NCBI GenBank assembly: GCA_027319905.1
Contig: DAHVMJ010000004.1
Location: 1-63,501 of the forward strand
Direction: 5' to 3'
Origin: Candidatus Micrarchaeota archaeon
Lineage (GTDB): Archaea > Micrarchaeota > Micrarchaeia > Micrarchaeales > CABMGC01
Length of the DNA stretch: 63,501 nt
Shown in pieces: positions 48,395 to 57,354 of the stretch. Position numbers and translations under genes: made by a program. Under the pieces are notes generated by a model. That model was not told the origin of the DNA. It saw only the letters and a program-made list of their open reading frames with translations, and ran no database searches. How positions within the stretch are numbered: the stretch's first letter is position 1; each line of letters begins with the position of its first letter.

Positions 48395-48397
48395 GCT

Positions 48398-48922
48398 TTA
48401 TCGGCTTCTTCCGAGGACCCTGTACCGCAGTTGCACCTCGCTCTTGGATATCTTTCTCGCCCAGAGCAGCTTCAGTTTTGCCTCGAAATTCGGGCCGTCG
48501 AAGAGTCTCTTGCCTTTGGTGAATACGGCAGGCTCAACGTCGAGGAAGATCTCGTCTACAAGACCATTCTGCATGAAGGCAGCATTGCTTGCGCCTCCTC
48601 CGGCAACAAGCGCCTGGCTGAACCCCTCTTTCTTGAGGATCGAGAGCGCTTCCCGCGGTCCGCTGGCGAATGAGACCTGGTTATGACCGCGCTTTCCTGT
48701 TTTGTTGTGAGTCATGACGACTATCCTGACGCCCCTAAATCGCTTTAACTCGCCTTCATTGACTATGACGTTGAATGTCTTATGGCCGACTATCATGTTG
48801 CCCGTGCTCTTTGCCTTCTTGATGAACAGCAGCCAGTCGCCGGGCAGCACAAAGCTAGTATCGTCGTTTTCTCTTGCCACCATCCCATTCGGCGTAACCG
48901 CCATATACATTACGACCTTCAT
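48398..48922 (-). CDS. Dihydrofolate reductase / RibD C-terminal family protein
   Basis: MAVTPNG.VA, G.KTF, VAGGG and GLVDEI...EP motifs. Confidence 0.85.
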   Translation of the reverse strand: MKVVMYMAVTPNGMVARENDDTSFVLPGDWLLFIKKAKSTGNMIVGHKTFNVIVNEGELKRFRGVRIVVMTHNKTGKRGHNQVSFASGPREALSILKKEGFSQALVAGGGASNAAFMQNGLVDEIFLDVEPAVFTKGKRLFDGPNFEAKLKLLWARKISKSEVQLRYRVLGRSR

Positions 48923-48936
48923 CTCATACCCCCTTT

Positions 48937-49038
48937 TGCAGGGGGAGAGATTTGAACTCTCGAAGGCACTAGGCCACGGGATCTTAAGTCCCGCGCATTT
49001 TCCGTGGCTTACGCCATTCCAGACTCTGCCACCCCTGC
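48937..49038 (-). tRNA. tRNA-Leu(TAA) with a D-loop intron of about 19 nt (about 48999-49017)
   Basis: Acceptor GCAGGGG/CCCCTGC, anticodon arm CGGGA-CTTAAGA-TCCCG, long variable arm, extra BHB-like hairpin in the D loop. Confidence 0.88.
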
Positions 49039-49056
49039 ACGCTCTAGTATTGGTGC

Positions 49057-49527
49057 TCACAATTTATAACGTTTGGATGGGCGTGCCGGGTTGAGCTTTT
49101 TTATCATAAGCAGCCTATCGGTATCGTCCTCATAATAGTTCTTTAGCACCCTGATTTTCTTGAATCCTAGTTTTTTGTAAAGCTTAACGGCTTCTTCGAA
49201 CTGGTTCATGGTGTCCAGGATAATCTTACCGCATTTCGAATCCCGCTCGACCCTTTCGAGGAACTTCGTTGCTACACCATGATGACGAAATTCTGGACTG
49301 GTAAATACGGAGTCGATGTATATCGCGCGGGGGTTCTTGGTTGCGAACGCTACCATCCCCCCCACTATCCTGCGGCCTTCCACCGCCTTGTAGACGTATG
49401 CGCCGAGTATCAAGGGTTTCCAGAAGTAGATGAAGTTCTTGTCGTACTTCATGCCGAAGCACTTGGCTTCGAGTCTGATGAGGTCGTCCGCGTCTTTAAG
49501 TTTGGCCTGCTCTATCCTGATGGCCAT
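49057..49527 (-). CDS. GNAT acetyltransferase (RimI-like)
   Basis: PEFRHHGVA, A..LYKKLGF and NYY motifs. Confidence 0.88.
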   Translation of the reverse strand: MAIRIEQAKLKDADDLIRLEAKCFGMKYDKNFIYFWKPLILGAYVYKAVEGRRIVGGMVAFATKNPRAIYIDSVFTSPEFRHHGVATKFLERVERDSKCGKIILDTMNQFEEAVKLYKKLGFKKIRVLKNYYEDDTDRLLMIKKLNPARPSKRYKL

Positions 49528-49542
49528 CAGCTCTCCGATTGG

Positions 49543-50277
49543 CTATGCGTATGAAGGCGGTCCCGCCTCATCTGAAGACTTTCCGTAGTGCTCGTGCGTT
49601 TCCTTCGCCTTCTTAACCATGTCCCTGACACGCGCCTCGACCTCCCTCGCCTCGCTCTCCAATTCGGCGGTGTCGATCTTTATACCGAGAAGCTTGCTCA
49701 GCCCACTTATCGCAACCTCCGCGTACTTGGGATCCATTATGAGCGGGTTGACCTCAACAAGCAGGTCCATTGTTGGAATGTCGAACTCCTTCGCGCCTGT
49801 TATCAGCAGCGCGCTCACGCCGGCTATAACGCCCTCGTTCACGGGCTTCAGGCCCTGTTTTGCCGCCTCTTTGGTCATGCTTGGCTGCGATGCTATTATG
49901 TAAGCCGCATCCGAGGGCTTTTGAGACGGCATGCCGCCTATGGAGACGATCCTGCTTATTCCCGCTTTCCTGACAAACGAGAGAAGCTCCGCGGCGAGCT
50001 GGTATATGACGTGCTGTGGTATTGTGAACTCCGAGAGTACGACCACGAGCTTGTTTTTCGCGTCCGCATATATTCTTGCGGTGTGCATCGGCAGACCGTC
50101 GTGCACCGCTGCTATCGGAGGAAAGAGGTCGCTCTCTATGTGGCCGATGTTCTTCATGCTCAGCTTCTCTATCATATAGCTTGCGGCCATCGGGCCGACA
50201 AGTCCAGCGCCGGGGAAGCCCTCGACAAGCGTGTAGCCCCTAAGCTCGGCCTTCTCGTGAAGCACTATTTCTATCAT
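49543..50277 (-). CDS. Proteasome assembly chaperone (PAC2) family protein
   Basis: EGFPGAGLVG, FPP, RIY and IGG motifs; C-terminal SYA (HbYX-like). Confidence 0.88.
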   Translation of the reverse strand: MIEIVLHEKAELRGYTLVEGFPGAGLVGPMAASYMIEKLSMKNIGHIESDLFPPIAAVHDGLPMHTARIYADAKNKLVVVLSEFTIPQHVIYQLAAELLSFVRKAGISRIVSIGGMPSQKPSDAAYIIASQPSMTKEAAKQGLKPVNEGVIAGVSALLITGAKEFDIPTMDLLVEVNPLIMDPKYAEVAISGLSKLLGIKIDTAELESEAREVEARVRDMVKKAKETHEHYGKSSDEAGPPSYA

Positions 50278-50406
50278 TTGATCGTACGCGTAACGCATGA
50301 AAAGTATAAAAAGAGAGGGCTAGCGGACAGAACTCGTGTATTTTACTCTCGACATTACGACGATAAATATAAAAGGCTGCTCGATGTTTTATTACTCGGT
50401 GAATTG

Positions 50407-50631
50407 ATGGCTGAAAGAGTAACCCGTGAAAGAATAGACAGGGAAGACGGCTACCTTTACTATCTGGGTAAGGATGGCTACGCCTGGAGAACGCCAATGA
50501 AGACGAACTCCCGAGGAAGAAAGGCGAGAGTGGGAAGCGAGAAAGTGAAGAGAGCCGAGGGCTTCCTTTATTTCATCGACAAGTCCGGCTATGTCGCTAG
50601 GGCAAAGATGAACAGGAGAGGAAGAAGGTAA
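50407..50631 (+). CDS. Small basic protein with an internal tandem repeat
   Basis: Two copies of R..G(Y/F)LY(Y/F)(L/I).K.GY..R..M; own TATA box and terminator. Confidence 0.8.
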   Translation: MAERVTRERIDREDGYLYYLGKDGYAWRTPMKTNSRGRKARVGSEKVKRAEGFLYFIDKSGYVARAKMNRRGRR

Positions 50632-50640
50632 TTTCTTTGG

Positions 50641-50664
50641 GGGGCTCTGCCCCTCATTTTTTTT
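50641..50664 (+). terminator. Hairpin plus oligo-T terminator
   Basis: GGGGC-TCT-GCCCC followed by T8 just after the stop at 50631. Confidence 0.6.
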
Positions 50665-50775
50665 AAAGCGCACCATGTTCGGATAGGCGCTTGTGCTGCG
50701 CCTCTTTTTATTTCTTAGCATCTATTTGCTAGTGCCCGGCTTGTCCGGGAGCGGCTTGATGGCATAGCATACAGC

Positions 50776-51762
50776 TTGAAACGAAGCCTCATCGACTATC
50801 TGGTGCTTCTGCTCTTACTCGCAATAATGATAATCGGAGCCATAGCGAGGCAGTACGTGGTAATCCCGGTGGGCCTTGTGCTCTACTTCGCGTACGAGGT
50901 GACCAGGCACAACAGGCCCGAGGCGGCTTGGCTGTCGCCTCCAGGCGCCGCGTGGTGGGTTGCGCTCGTGGTTGTTCTGGCTGTGCTCGCGGCGCTATTG
51001 TTCAGCCTCTCTGGTTTAGGAAGTGGGAATGGAGCCCGCGGCCACGCTGCCACGTCCACCTCTACGATAGCTCCCGCACAGAACATAACGACATCGGCTG
51101 GCGCGGTGACAACTACGCAGGCGAGTTCCAGCAGCACCAGCACAACAGTGGGCACGACGAGCACAATAGTCTACGGCACGCAATCTGCCACTTCAGCCGG
51201 ATCTGGCCAAGGATCAATATTCCTGAAGGGCGCCTACAGTCTTTACGTATGCGGCGGCTCCAGCACCAGCACTGTCGGCGTGTCTTGGAAACCGGATGTG
51301 TTTGTGCCCAACTACTCGTCAATAGGCATAAATTCCAACGGCACGTGCACGCTCTACAACGGCAACATAAAGGGACTGTTCGATTCATACTATGCGGCCC
51401 TCGCAGGAATCGGGCTCAACGCAAGCAACTACACGCTTGCGGCGGGAACGAATGTGACACGTATGTTCTTCTCCGTTGGGGCGCAGAATTCGTTCGTCGT
51501 TGCGATCGTAACGGGAAACACGCACAGCTTTGGCCCGTATCTTCTGACTTCTCCCGTGGTTTCATACCCGCCCGGTGCAAGCTTCGATTGCAATGTGACA
51601 GAGCAGCAGGACTCAACCGCGGTGAGAGAGAACGCGACCTCATTTGTGAAGAGCACGGTTTCGCTGGTAGTGTGCCCGCAGGCCTCGGCAGGTAACTATC
51701 TTCTCTCTGAGGCGAACCTCACCGACTCCTCGTTTGCAGTCTACGTGTTCAGGCCCCGCTAG
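50776..51762 (+). CDS. Membrane-anchored surface protein with Ser/Thr-rich linker
   Basis: Three N-terminal hydrophobic segments, S/T-rich stalk, Cys-containing beta domain. Confidence 0.65.
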   Translation: MKRSLIDYLVLLLLLAIMIIGAIARQYVVIPVGLVLYFAYEVTRHNRPEAAWLSPPGAAWWVALVVVLAVLAALLFSLSGLGSGNGARGHAATSTSTIAPAQNITTSAGAVTTTQASSSSTSTTVGTTSTIVYGTQSATSAGSGQGSIFLKGAYSLYVCGGSSTSTVGVSWKPDVFVPNYSSIGINSNGTCTLYNGNIKGLFDSYYAALAGIGLNASNYTLAAGTNVTRMFFSVGAQNSFVVAIVTGNTHSFGPYLLTSPVVSYPPGASFDCNVTEQQDSTAVRENATSFVKSTVSLVVCPQASAGNYLLSEANLTDSSFAVYVFRPR

Positions 51763-51766
51763 ACAG

Positions 51767-52000
51767 TTAGTCTGAATAGTTGACTATGTAGGCGTCTACT
51801 TCTTTATTGCTCAGCCTGGGATAAGACTTCCTGACGACGCTCAGTAGTTCGGTCGGGATTTTGTGCATCAGGTAGCTGTTTTCCAGTTTGCCTCTTACCG
51901 CAGCCATCGGATCATCTTCTGCACTTGCTACTGGCAGGCTTTTAAAAAGGCGGCAGTGGGGATACGCCTCGACGAACCGCTTTGGCTCTTGACGACGCAC
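51767..52000 (-). CDS. Hypothetical small protein
   Basis: 77-aa ORF filling a gap. Confidence 0.35.
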   Translation of the reverse strand: MRRQEPKRFVEAYPHCRLFKSLPVASAEDDPMAAVRGKLENSYLMHKIPTELLSVVRKSYPRLSNKEVDAYIVNYSD

Positions 52001-52145
52001 TTCGGCTATTGCAGAAGCCGTATGAGATAATAAAAGCGCTAAGAGGCATCGGCTGATTTAAATACCGTTCTGGCAGGAATTTTTATATCAAGAAAGATCT
52101 TGTCCTGCTGCATTTAAAAGCGCCTGAATTGATAGCTCACTTCTT

Positions 52146-53009
52146 ATGGGAAGCGATCAGAGGTTCAGGCTGCATATCGAACCGCGTGAACTGATTGACA
52201 GGGTGCACTTCGCCTCTGAAGCTCGCGCGATAAGAGAGACTCTGCGGGATGCGAGCGCGGTAGTGTCGACGATTGACATAAACAGAATGCAGAAAGGGAA
52301 AGAGATTGGTGATATATCTCTGGAGATAAAAAAGATGCCGAACGCCGATCTGGAATCGCTTGTCAGAAGCGTGCCAAACAAAAAGGGGGAGCTGGTATAC
52401 GCCTCTTCCATGATCTCTTCGGGCTACATCTCGCATGATTCTCTGCTGAACTATCAGACCTTTATTTACGTGCCCAAACTGCTCAGCCTCGACCAGCTCT
52501 CAGCTTTGTTCGAACGCTTCAGCTTCTCCGGAGTGCATAACTCCGCGGCGTACATAATAAGTTACAAAGACGGACACGAGAGCTATGTCGCATTCTATGT
52601 TCCTCCGTTGATTGAGACGATACCGAAGGGCAGTGTCTCGATCTCGCTCAATGAATTGTCAGCGAGAGCCAGGTCCGCTCCCGAACTCTCCGTCGGCACC
52701 TACAACGGCGACAGGCGAATAAACATGGAAAATATCGTAGACGCCTGGAATAGAATAATGGCGAACCGCGCGGTGATGTCGGTGCAGGTGGTAAGAGACG
52801 GAACACACAGGCTGTATCTGACTCATGCCTGTGGAGCGCCACAATACGTGGTGTCGATAAATGGCGTCTCTGGAAACGCGCCGAGCGTTCCCATACCCAC
52901 GCAAACGATGGTCATGGTGGACTCAAAGCCCGATAGAAAGGCAGACAGGTATTTAGGCTTGAATGAAGAAGGATGGACAGACGAGAAGTTTGTTGGTATA
53001 GATGGATAG
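52146..53009 (+). CDS. Hypothetical protein with a ParB/sulfiredoxin-like motif
   Basis: PPLIE ... VRDGTHRLY pattern. Confidence 0.55.
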   Translation: MGSDQRFRLHIEPRELIDRVHFASEARAIRETLRDASAVVSTIDINRMQKGKEIGDISLEIKKMPNADLESLVRSVPNKKGELVYASSMISSGYISHDSLLNYQTFIYVPKLLSLDQLSALFERFSFSGVHNSAAYIISYKDGHESYVAFYVPPLIETIPKGSVSISLNELSARARSAPELSVGTYNGDRRINMENIVDAWNRIMANRAVMSVQVVRDGTHRLYLTHACGAPQYVVSINGVSGNAPSVPIPTQTMVMVDSKPDRKADRYLGLNEEGWTDEKFVGIDG

Positions 53010-53532
53010 AAAGGAAAACCTCGTGCTGGTAGACTTTGACAACACGCTCTTCTTCGGAGACGAATCGCTCAGGCATGCGGAAAGGGACATGTTCGGGAGG
53101 CTGCTTGCCAAACGGGAGCTGAAATCTCTGGACAGGCGCGTTAGGTTCAAGCTTCACGCCCTGGCATACACGAAGTACCATCATCTCATACGACCGCACA
53201 GGGAGATGATTGAAAGGGTGAAAAAGATAGACGGGGCGAAAACGATCATAATGTCAGCGAGAGGCGAATCACTGAGGGCGCTGACGGAAGCGCTGCTTGC
53301 AGAGCAAGAGATAAAAGTCGATGGACTGCTGCTCAGAAACAAGCAAGAGATGAAGATGCACGACGAGGAATGGAAACTGATGCAGGTCAGACACTTCATG
53401 AGGCGCTACAGGCAATTAAGCGCGTACGAAGACAAGCTCGAAAACCTGGAGTACATACGCAGGCATATAAACGAGCCTAAGCGATTGCACTTGTTCCTGG
53501 TGCTGCCTGGCCGTGTGAGAAAGATAGGATAG
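53002..53532 (+). CDS. HAD-superfamily phosphatase (third paralog)
   Basis: DFDNT, MSAR, DEEWK and YEDK motifs. Confidence 0.8.
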   Translation: MDRKENLVLVDFDNTLFFGDESLRHAERDMFGRLLAKRELKSLDRRVRFKLHALAYTKYHHLIRPHREMIERVKKIDGAKTIIMSARGESLRALTEALLAEQEIKVDGLLLRNKQEMKMHDEEWKLMQVRHFMRRYRQLSAYEDKLENLEYIRRHINEPKRLHLFLVLPGRVRKIG

Positions 53533-53626
53533 ATGCTGTGCGCGCTCTCCAGAAGTCGGATACGAGCTTTAGAGGATTTGAGAGGCCTAGCAAAATTATA
53601 AATGTATGAGATGCTTATGTCTGCTC

Positions 53627-54109
53627 ATGCGGAAGCTCATAATTGGAGTCATGGGCCCAAGCGACGCATCTGAAAGTGCTACCAAACAAGCACGTGAGCT
53701 CGGAAGGCTTATAGCGAAAGAAGGCTGGCTGCTCCTGAGCGGCGGAATGGCCAGTGGAGTGATGGATGCCGCCAACAGGGGAGCGCACGAGGAAAGGGGC
53801 ACCACAATAGGGATTCTCCCTACAGATGACTCCTCGCTTTGGTCGAAGGAGATCGACATACCAATAGTTACCAAGATGGGCAGTGGCAGGAATTTCATAA
53901 ACGCGCTATCAAGCGAGGTACTCGTTGCTGTGGGCATGAGCGCAGGCACTTCCACGGAAGTGGCCTTCGCGATACAGCTAGGAAAACCAGTCATCCTGAT
54001 GGAAAACAGTGAAGAAAACGAAGCCTTCTTCAGGAAGATGGGCAAAAAAGTGTACGCTTCGAAAACAGCTAAGGAAACGGTGAACCTGATCAAAAAACTC
54101 CTTGGCTGA
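53627..54109 (+). CDS. LOG/SMF-family (TIGR00725-like) nucleotide-binding protein
   Basis: IGVMG, SGG..GVMDA, TIGILP, GRN and GTSTEV motifs. Confidence 0.88.
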   Translation: MRKLIIGVMGPSDASESATKQARELGRLIAKEGWLLLSGGMASGVMDAANRGAHEERGTTIGILPTDDSSLWSKEIDIPIVTKMGSGRNFINALSSEVLVAVGMSAGTSTEVAFAIQLGKPVILMENSEENEAFFRKMGKKVYASKTAKETVNLIKKLLG

Positions 54110-54133
54110 AAGCAGGTGCCACATGCGTGGTAC

Positions 54134-54679
54134 CTAATCAAACTTGAGATACATCATTATGTTGTCTATCTTGAGTTTCTTGCCTCTGAGAAATGCTCCG
54201 GGAAGCACGCCGTACACCTTGAATCCGAATCTCTTGTAAAGTTTCTGTGCTCTTTTGTTGAACCCGAAAACATCCAGTTTTACTACTTTGAACCTCTTCC
54301 TTGCCTTCTTGAGCGAACCTTCTATCAGCTGCGTCCCGACTCCCATGGATCTGTAACCCTTTCTCACAAGTATGCCAAGCGAGCCTACGTGCTTTGCCTC
54401 GGGGCTCTTTCCTGCCAGGGTTATGTCGCACATGCCCACAACGTGGCCGTTTACTTCTGCCACGCAGACGGCGGCGTCGCCTTTTTTAATCTCATTGATC
54501 AGCTCGTTTAGCCACTTCCTTTCTTTTTTGAGACTGGGCCTTCCTGCAGAGCGCGGTATTCCGATGTAGGGATTTGTCTTAATCTCCTTCTGAACCATAA
54601 GGTAGTTGGACATTAGGTCCTTCAGGTCACTTCTCCGAAGACCTCTGATTATAAGCTTGGGTTTTTGTTTTCTTCGCAT
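54134..54679 (-). CDS. GNAT acetyltransferase
   Basis: YRSMGVG and N.RA..LYKRFGF motifs. Confidence 0.88.
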   Translation of the reverse strand: MRRKQKPKLIIRGLRRSDLKDLMSNYLMVQKEIKTNPYIGIPRSAGRPSLKKERKWLNELINEIKKGDAAVCVAEVNGHVVGMCDITLAGKSPEAKHVGSLGILVRKGYRSMGVGTQLIEGSLKKARKRFKVVKLDVFGFNKRAQKLYKRFGFKVYGVLPGAFLRGKKLKIDNIMMYLKFD

Positions 54680-54714
54680 TTTACTCCCGGATGAGCACGA
54701 CGTGAAGCGCATTC

Positions 54715-54918
54715 AGGCCCGCAGGCTGTTGGCAGCCTGCTCACCCACACGGCATCCTGCAAAGGCAAGCTACTTCTCGCACTCCATCTTTATCTCTCTT
54801 TCGACGGCAAGCGAAGGATTCCCAAGAAGCCCGAAGCGAGCAAGTGCGTTGTCGTGCAGGTCATTCATTTGGCGAAGCCGGATAGGTCTTTGCACCTCTA
54901 ATACAACGGGATCTGAAC
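54715..54918. repeat. 204-bp att-proximal module, copy B
   Basis: Direct repeat of 37361-37564. Confidence 0.92.
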
Positions 54919-54987
54919 CTGCAACCAACGGCTCCGCAAACTGCATGCTAAAGACGTGCACGGAGGACATTGGCGGCGGCAAGACCA

Positions 54988-55737
54988 CTAGGGCTCGCGC
55001 CACAGCGCCTTCTTGTACGCGATAACCACCAGCGCGATGCACACGCCAACAAGCACGACCCAATCCACGGCGAGGTTGAACGTCGATATGCTGATGAAGC
55101 CTATGGCGCTCTGCACTATCTCGGCCGCGTAGGTGGTGGGTGAGATGTAAGCGAGGATCTGGAACGGCTGTGGTATGTAGCTTATTGGGTAGTAGACCGG
55201 AGGAAGGGTCGTCAGCACGACAGACAGTATGCCTGTGAACCCCCAGCTTTGCAGCACGTCAGAGGTGAACGTTGACAACACGAAGCCTAATACAATGGAG
55301 AATATGAACGATATGCCCATTACAGCGACAATTATGAGCGATTGGACCAGCGTGGGATGGATGAATATGGCTGCAAGGACAGCAAGCACGGCCATGACGG
55401 GTGCTGAGAACACAAGCTCGGACAGGCCCATGCCAGCGACGTACGTGAGCGATGTCGTAGGCGAGCTGACCACCATGTCCTGAAGCTTCATATCGTTTTT
55501 CAGGTGGGAGAGGTCGGCCTGCAGGCCTATGCCCGCGGTTATAGTGGTCATAATGAGCGCGCCTTCTATGCCCACCTGCAGCAAGCCGCCATGACTTACC
55601 AAGATTATCACTATCAGGATGGAAAATGGGGCCAGAAGCGTGTTTATGAACATCACCGGATAGTTCTTCATAGCGTAAATCGAATTAACCAAAACAGACG
55701 CAAGCAGCTGGCTGCCTACGCTTCTCTTCATCACCAT
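54988..55737 (-). CDS. ABC-2 type transporter permease
   Basis: Six TM helices; PVYYP..P and SPTTYA motifs. Confidence 0.88.
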   Translation of the reverse strand: MVMKRSVGSQLLASVLVNSIYAMKNYPVMFINTLLAPFSILIVIILVSHGGLLQVGIEGALIMTTITAGIGLQADLSHLKNDMKLQDMVVSSPTTSLTYVAGMGLSELVFSAPVMAVLAVLAAIFIHPTLVQSLIIVAVMGISFIFSIVLGFVLSTFTSDVLQSWGFTGILSVVLTTLPPVYYPISYIPQPFQILAYISPTTYAAEIVQSAIGFISISTFNLAVDWVVLVGVCIALVVIAYKKALWREP

Positions 55738-56660
55738 TCGTCCCCACCTCCGGACGTCTCCTCGCTCTCTATTGATTTCTTTGCGAAGCGGTAGAATATG
55801 TCCTCGAGCGAGACCGGGTTTATCGTGAACCTTGCCTTTTCGCGTATCAGTTTGTCAGAGAGCTCAAATGCTTTCTTCTCGCTGGTCATCAGCTGGTGGC
55901 CTCCCTCAAACTTAGTTGTCTTGTAGCCTCTCAACGACCTGGGCTTTACCTCTTGGGTCACGCGTATGCTGTACTGCTGCCCCGCCTTCTTCCTGAGTTC
56001 GTCTATGGAACCCATCGCCAGCAGTTTGCCCCGGTCTATGATCCCTATGCTGTCGGCGAGCAGCTCTGCTTCCTCCAAATAGTGCGTGGTGAGGAATATG
56101 AGATAATTGCTCTTCAGCCTCTGAAGTAGCCTCCACACTTCAGCACGTGATATGGGATCAAGGCCCGTGGTGGGTTCGTCAAGGAAAATGATCTTTGCCT
56201 CGGAGGCGAGAACAGTGGCGACAAGTACCTTACGCTTCGTGCCACCGGAAAGCTTGTGGCCCAGTACATTCTCAAACTTGCCGATGCCAAGCTTCCCCAA
56301 AGACCGCCTGGCGCGCGTCAGCGCCTCGTGATAGCCGAACCCCCTATAGAGCAGATACGACAACACGGTTTGGCGCGGCGTAAGCCACGGCATTACCCTT
56401 GCCTCCTGGGGCACTATTGCTATCAGTTCCCTTACCCTGCCGGGCTCTTTGACCACGTCGATGCCGTTAATCGTGGCGCTTCCTTTGCTGGGCATAAGCT
56501 CCGTGGCCATTATCCTCATAAGAGTCGTCTTTCCTGCCCCGTTGCGGCCTATCATAGCCACTATGCCCCTGTCGGGAAAGCTGAAACTCATGTTCCTCAG
56601 GGCATACGTCTTCCTGTCGTAGGTCTTCGAGATGCCTTTGCAGACAACGCCTCTCATCAA
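55731..56660 (-). CDS. ABC transporter ATP-binding protein
   Basis: GRNGAGKTT, LSGG, LDEPTTGLD and TTHY motifs. Confidence 0.95.
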   Translation of the reverse strand: MMRGVVCKGISKTYDRKTYALRNMSFSFPDRGIVAMIGRNGAGKTTLMRIMATELMPSKGSATINGIDVVKEPGRVRELIAIVPQEARVMPWLTPRQTVLSYLLYRGFGYHEALTRARRSLGKLGIGKFENVLGHKLSGGTKRKVLVATVLASEAKIIFLDEPTTGLDPISRAEVWRLLQRLKSNYLIFLTTHYLEEAELLADSIGIIDRGKLLAMGSIDELRKKAGQQYSIRVTQEVKPRSLRGYKTTKFEGGHQLMTSEKKAFELSDKLIREKARFTINPVSLEDIFYRFAKKSIESEETSGGGDEW

Positions 56661-56750
56661 ATCAACGGTTTAACGCAAAAGTGTTTCCGAAGAAGGTATT
56701 TATTTATGTTAACAGACCATGGAGGAACCTGCTTCGCAAGGTTTCCCAGG

Positions 56751-56825
56751 CGGGCACGGCGGGATTTGAACCCGCAACCAACAGCTCCGCAAGCTGCCGT
56801 GCTATCCAAGTTACACCACGTGCCC
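56751..56825 (-). tRNA. tRNA-Arg(GCG)
   Basis: Acceptor GGGCACG/CGTGCCC, anticodon arm GCAGC-TTGCGGA-GCTGT, T loop TTCAAAT. Confidence 0.95.
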
Positions 56826-56885
56826 TCGGTGCTTTTATATACCTTGCTTTATTAATAAGATTCTACGCTTCTTTGAAGTGATAAA

Positions 56886-57053
56886 ATAGGACCACTAGCA
56901 GGCAAAGTATGTGTTTCGTGCGGCAGGCTTACCTCCGCGTACACAGAATTCAAATGCCCTAATTGCGGCAAAAGCGACATAATACGCTGCAAGCAGTGCC
57001 GCGAAACGTACAACAAGTACAAGTGCAAGGAATGCAACTTTGAGGGACCCTGA
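56886..57053 (+). CDS. Zn-ribbon protein (DUF1610-like), absent from the ORF track; start codon uncertain
   Basis: CVSCG, FKCPNCG, RCKQCR and YKCKECNFEGP; typical position upstream of aEF-1beta. Confidence 0.85.
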   Translation: MGPLAGKVCVSCGRLTSAYTEFKCPNCGKSDIIRCKQCRETYNKYKCKECNFEGP

Positions 57054-57298
57054 TGGGCAACGTAGCGGTCCTTTTCCGAGTCTACGCGCAGGAAGGCAAG
57101 GAAGAGACGGTCAGGAAAGAGATAGTTGACAAACTGAAACCAAAAGGTTCGCAGCTTGAAGATGTCGCCTTCGGCATAAAGACGATAAAGGTACTTTTCA
57201 TGCATGACGACTCCACGGGTAGCTCGGAGATAGAGGAACAGCTAAGAAAGATATCTGGCGTAAAGGAAGTCGAGATTGTGGAAGAGAGCCTTGTATAA
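57053..57298 (+). CDS. ef1b: Translation elongation factor aEF-1beta
   Basis: MGNV, VAFGIK and IEE.L..I.GV motifs. Confidence 0.92.
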   Translation: MGNVAVLFRVYAQEGKEETVRKEIVDKLKPKGSQLEDVAFGIKTIKVLFMHDDSTGSSEIEEQLRKISGVKEVEIVEESLV

Positions 57299-57354
57299 CA
57301 GCTCTCTGAAAGAGTTATATAGTTTTGAAACTTAGTGTAAACGCTGGGGGTCTG

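Larger units (their letters stand above)
54685..56764. mobile_element. Probable decayed integrative element at tRNA-Arg(GCG), integrase lost
   Basis: Degenerate copy of the tRNA-Arg 3' end (15/21 match) in the same register relative to the 204-bp module as att in the tRNA-Val element. Confidence 0.55.

Noticed and set aside
48923..49060. N-terminal extension of the DHFR-like ORF
   Set aside because: It reads through tRNA-Leu; the real start is ATG 48922
49588..50406. First 273 codons of the 347-aa plus-strand ORF
   Set aside because: Antisense shadow of the PAC2 gene; only 50407-50631 is a credible gene
37361..54918. The 204-bp repeat pair (or the LamG paralogs) as DGR template and variable repeats
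   Set aside because: Mismatches are not adenine-specific on either strand and there is no reverse transcriptase in the window
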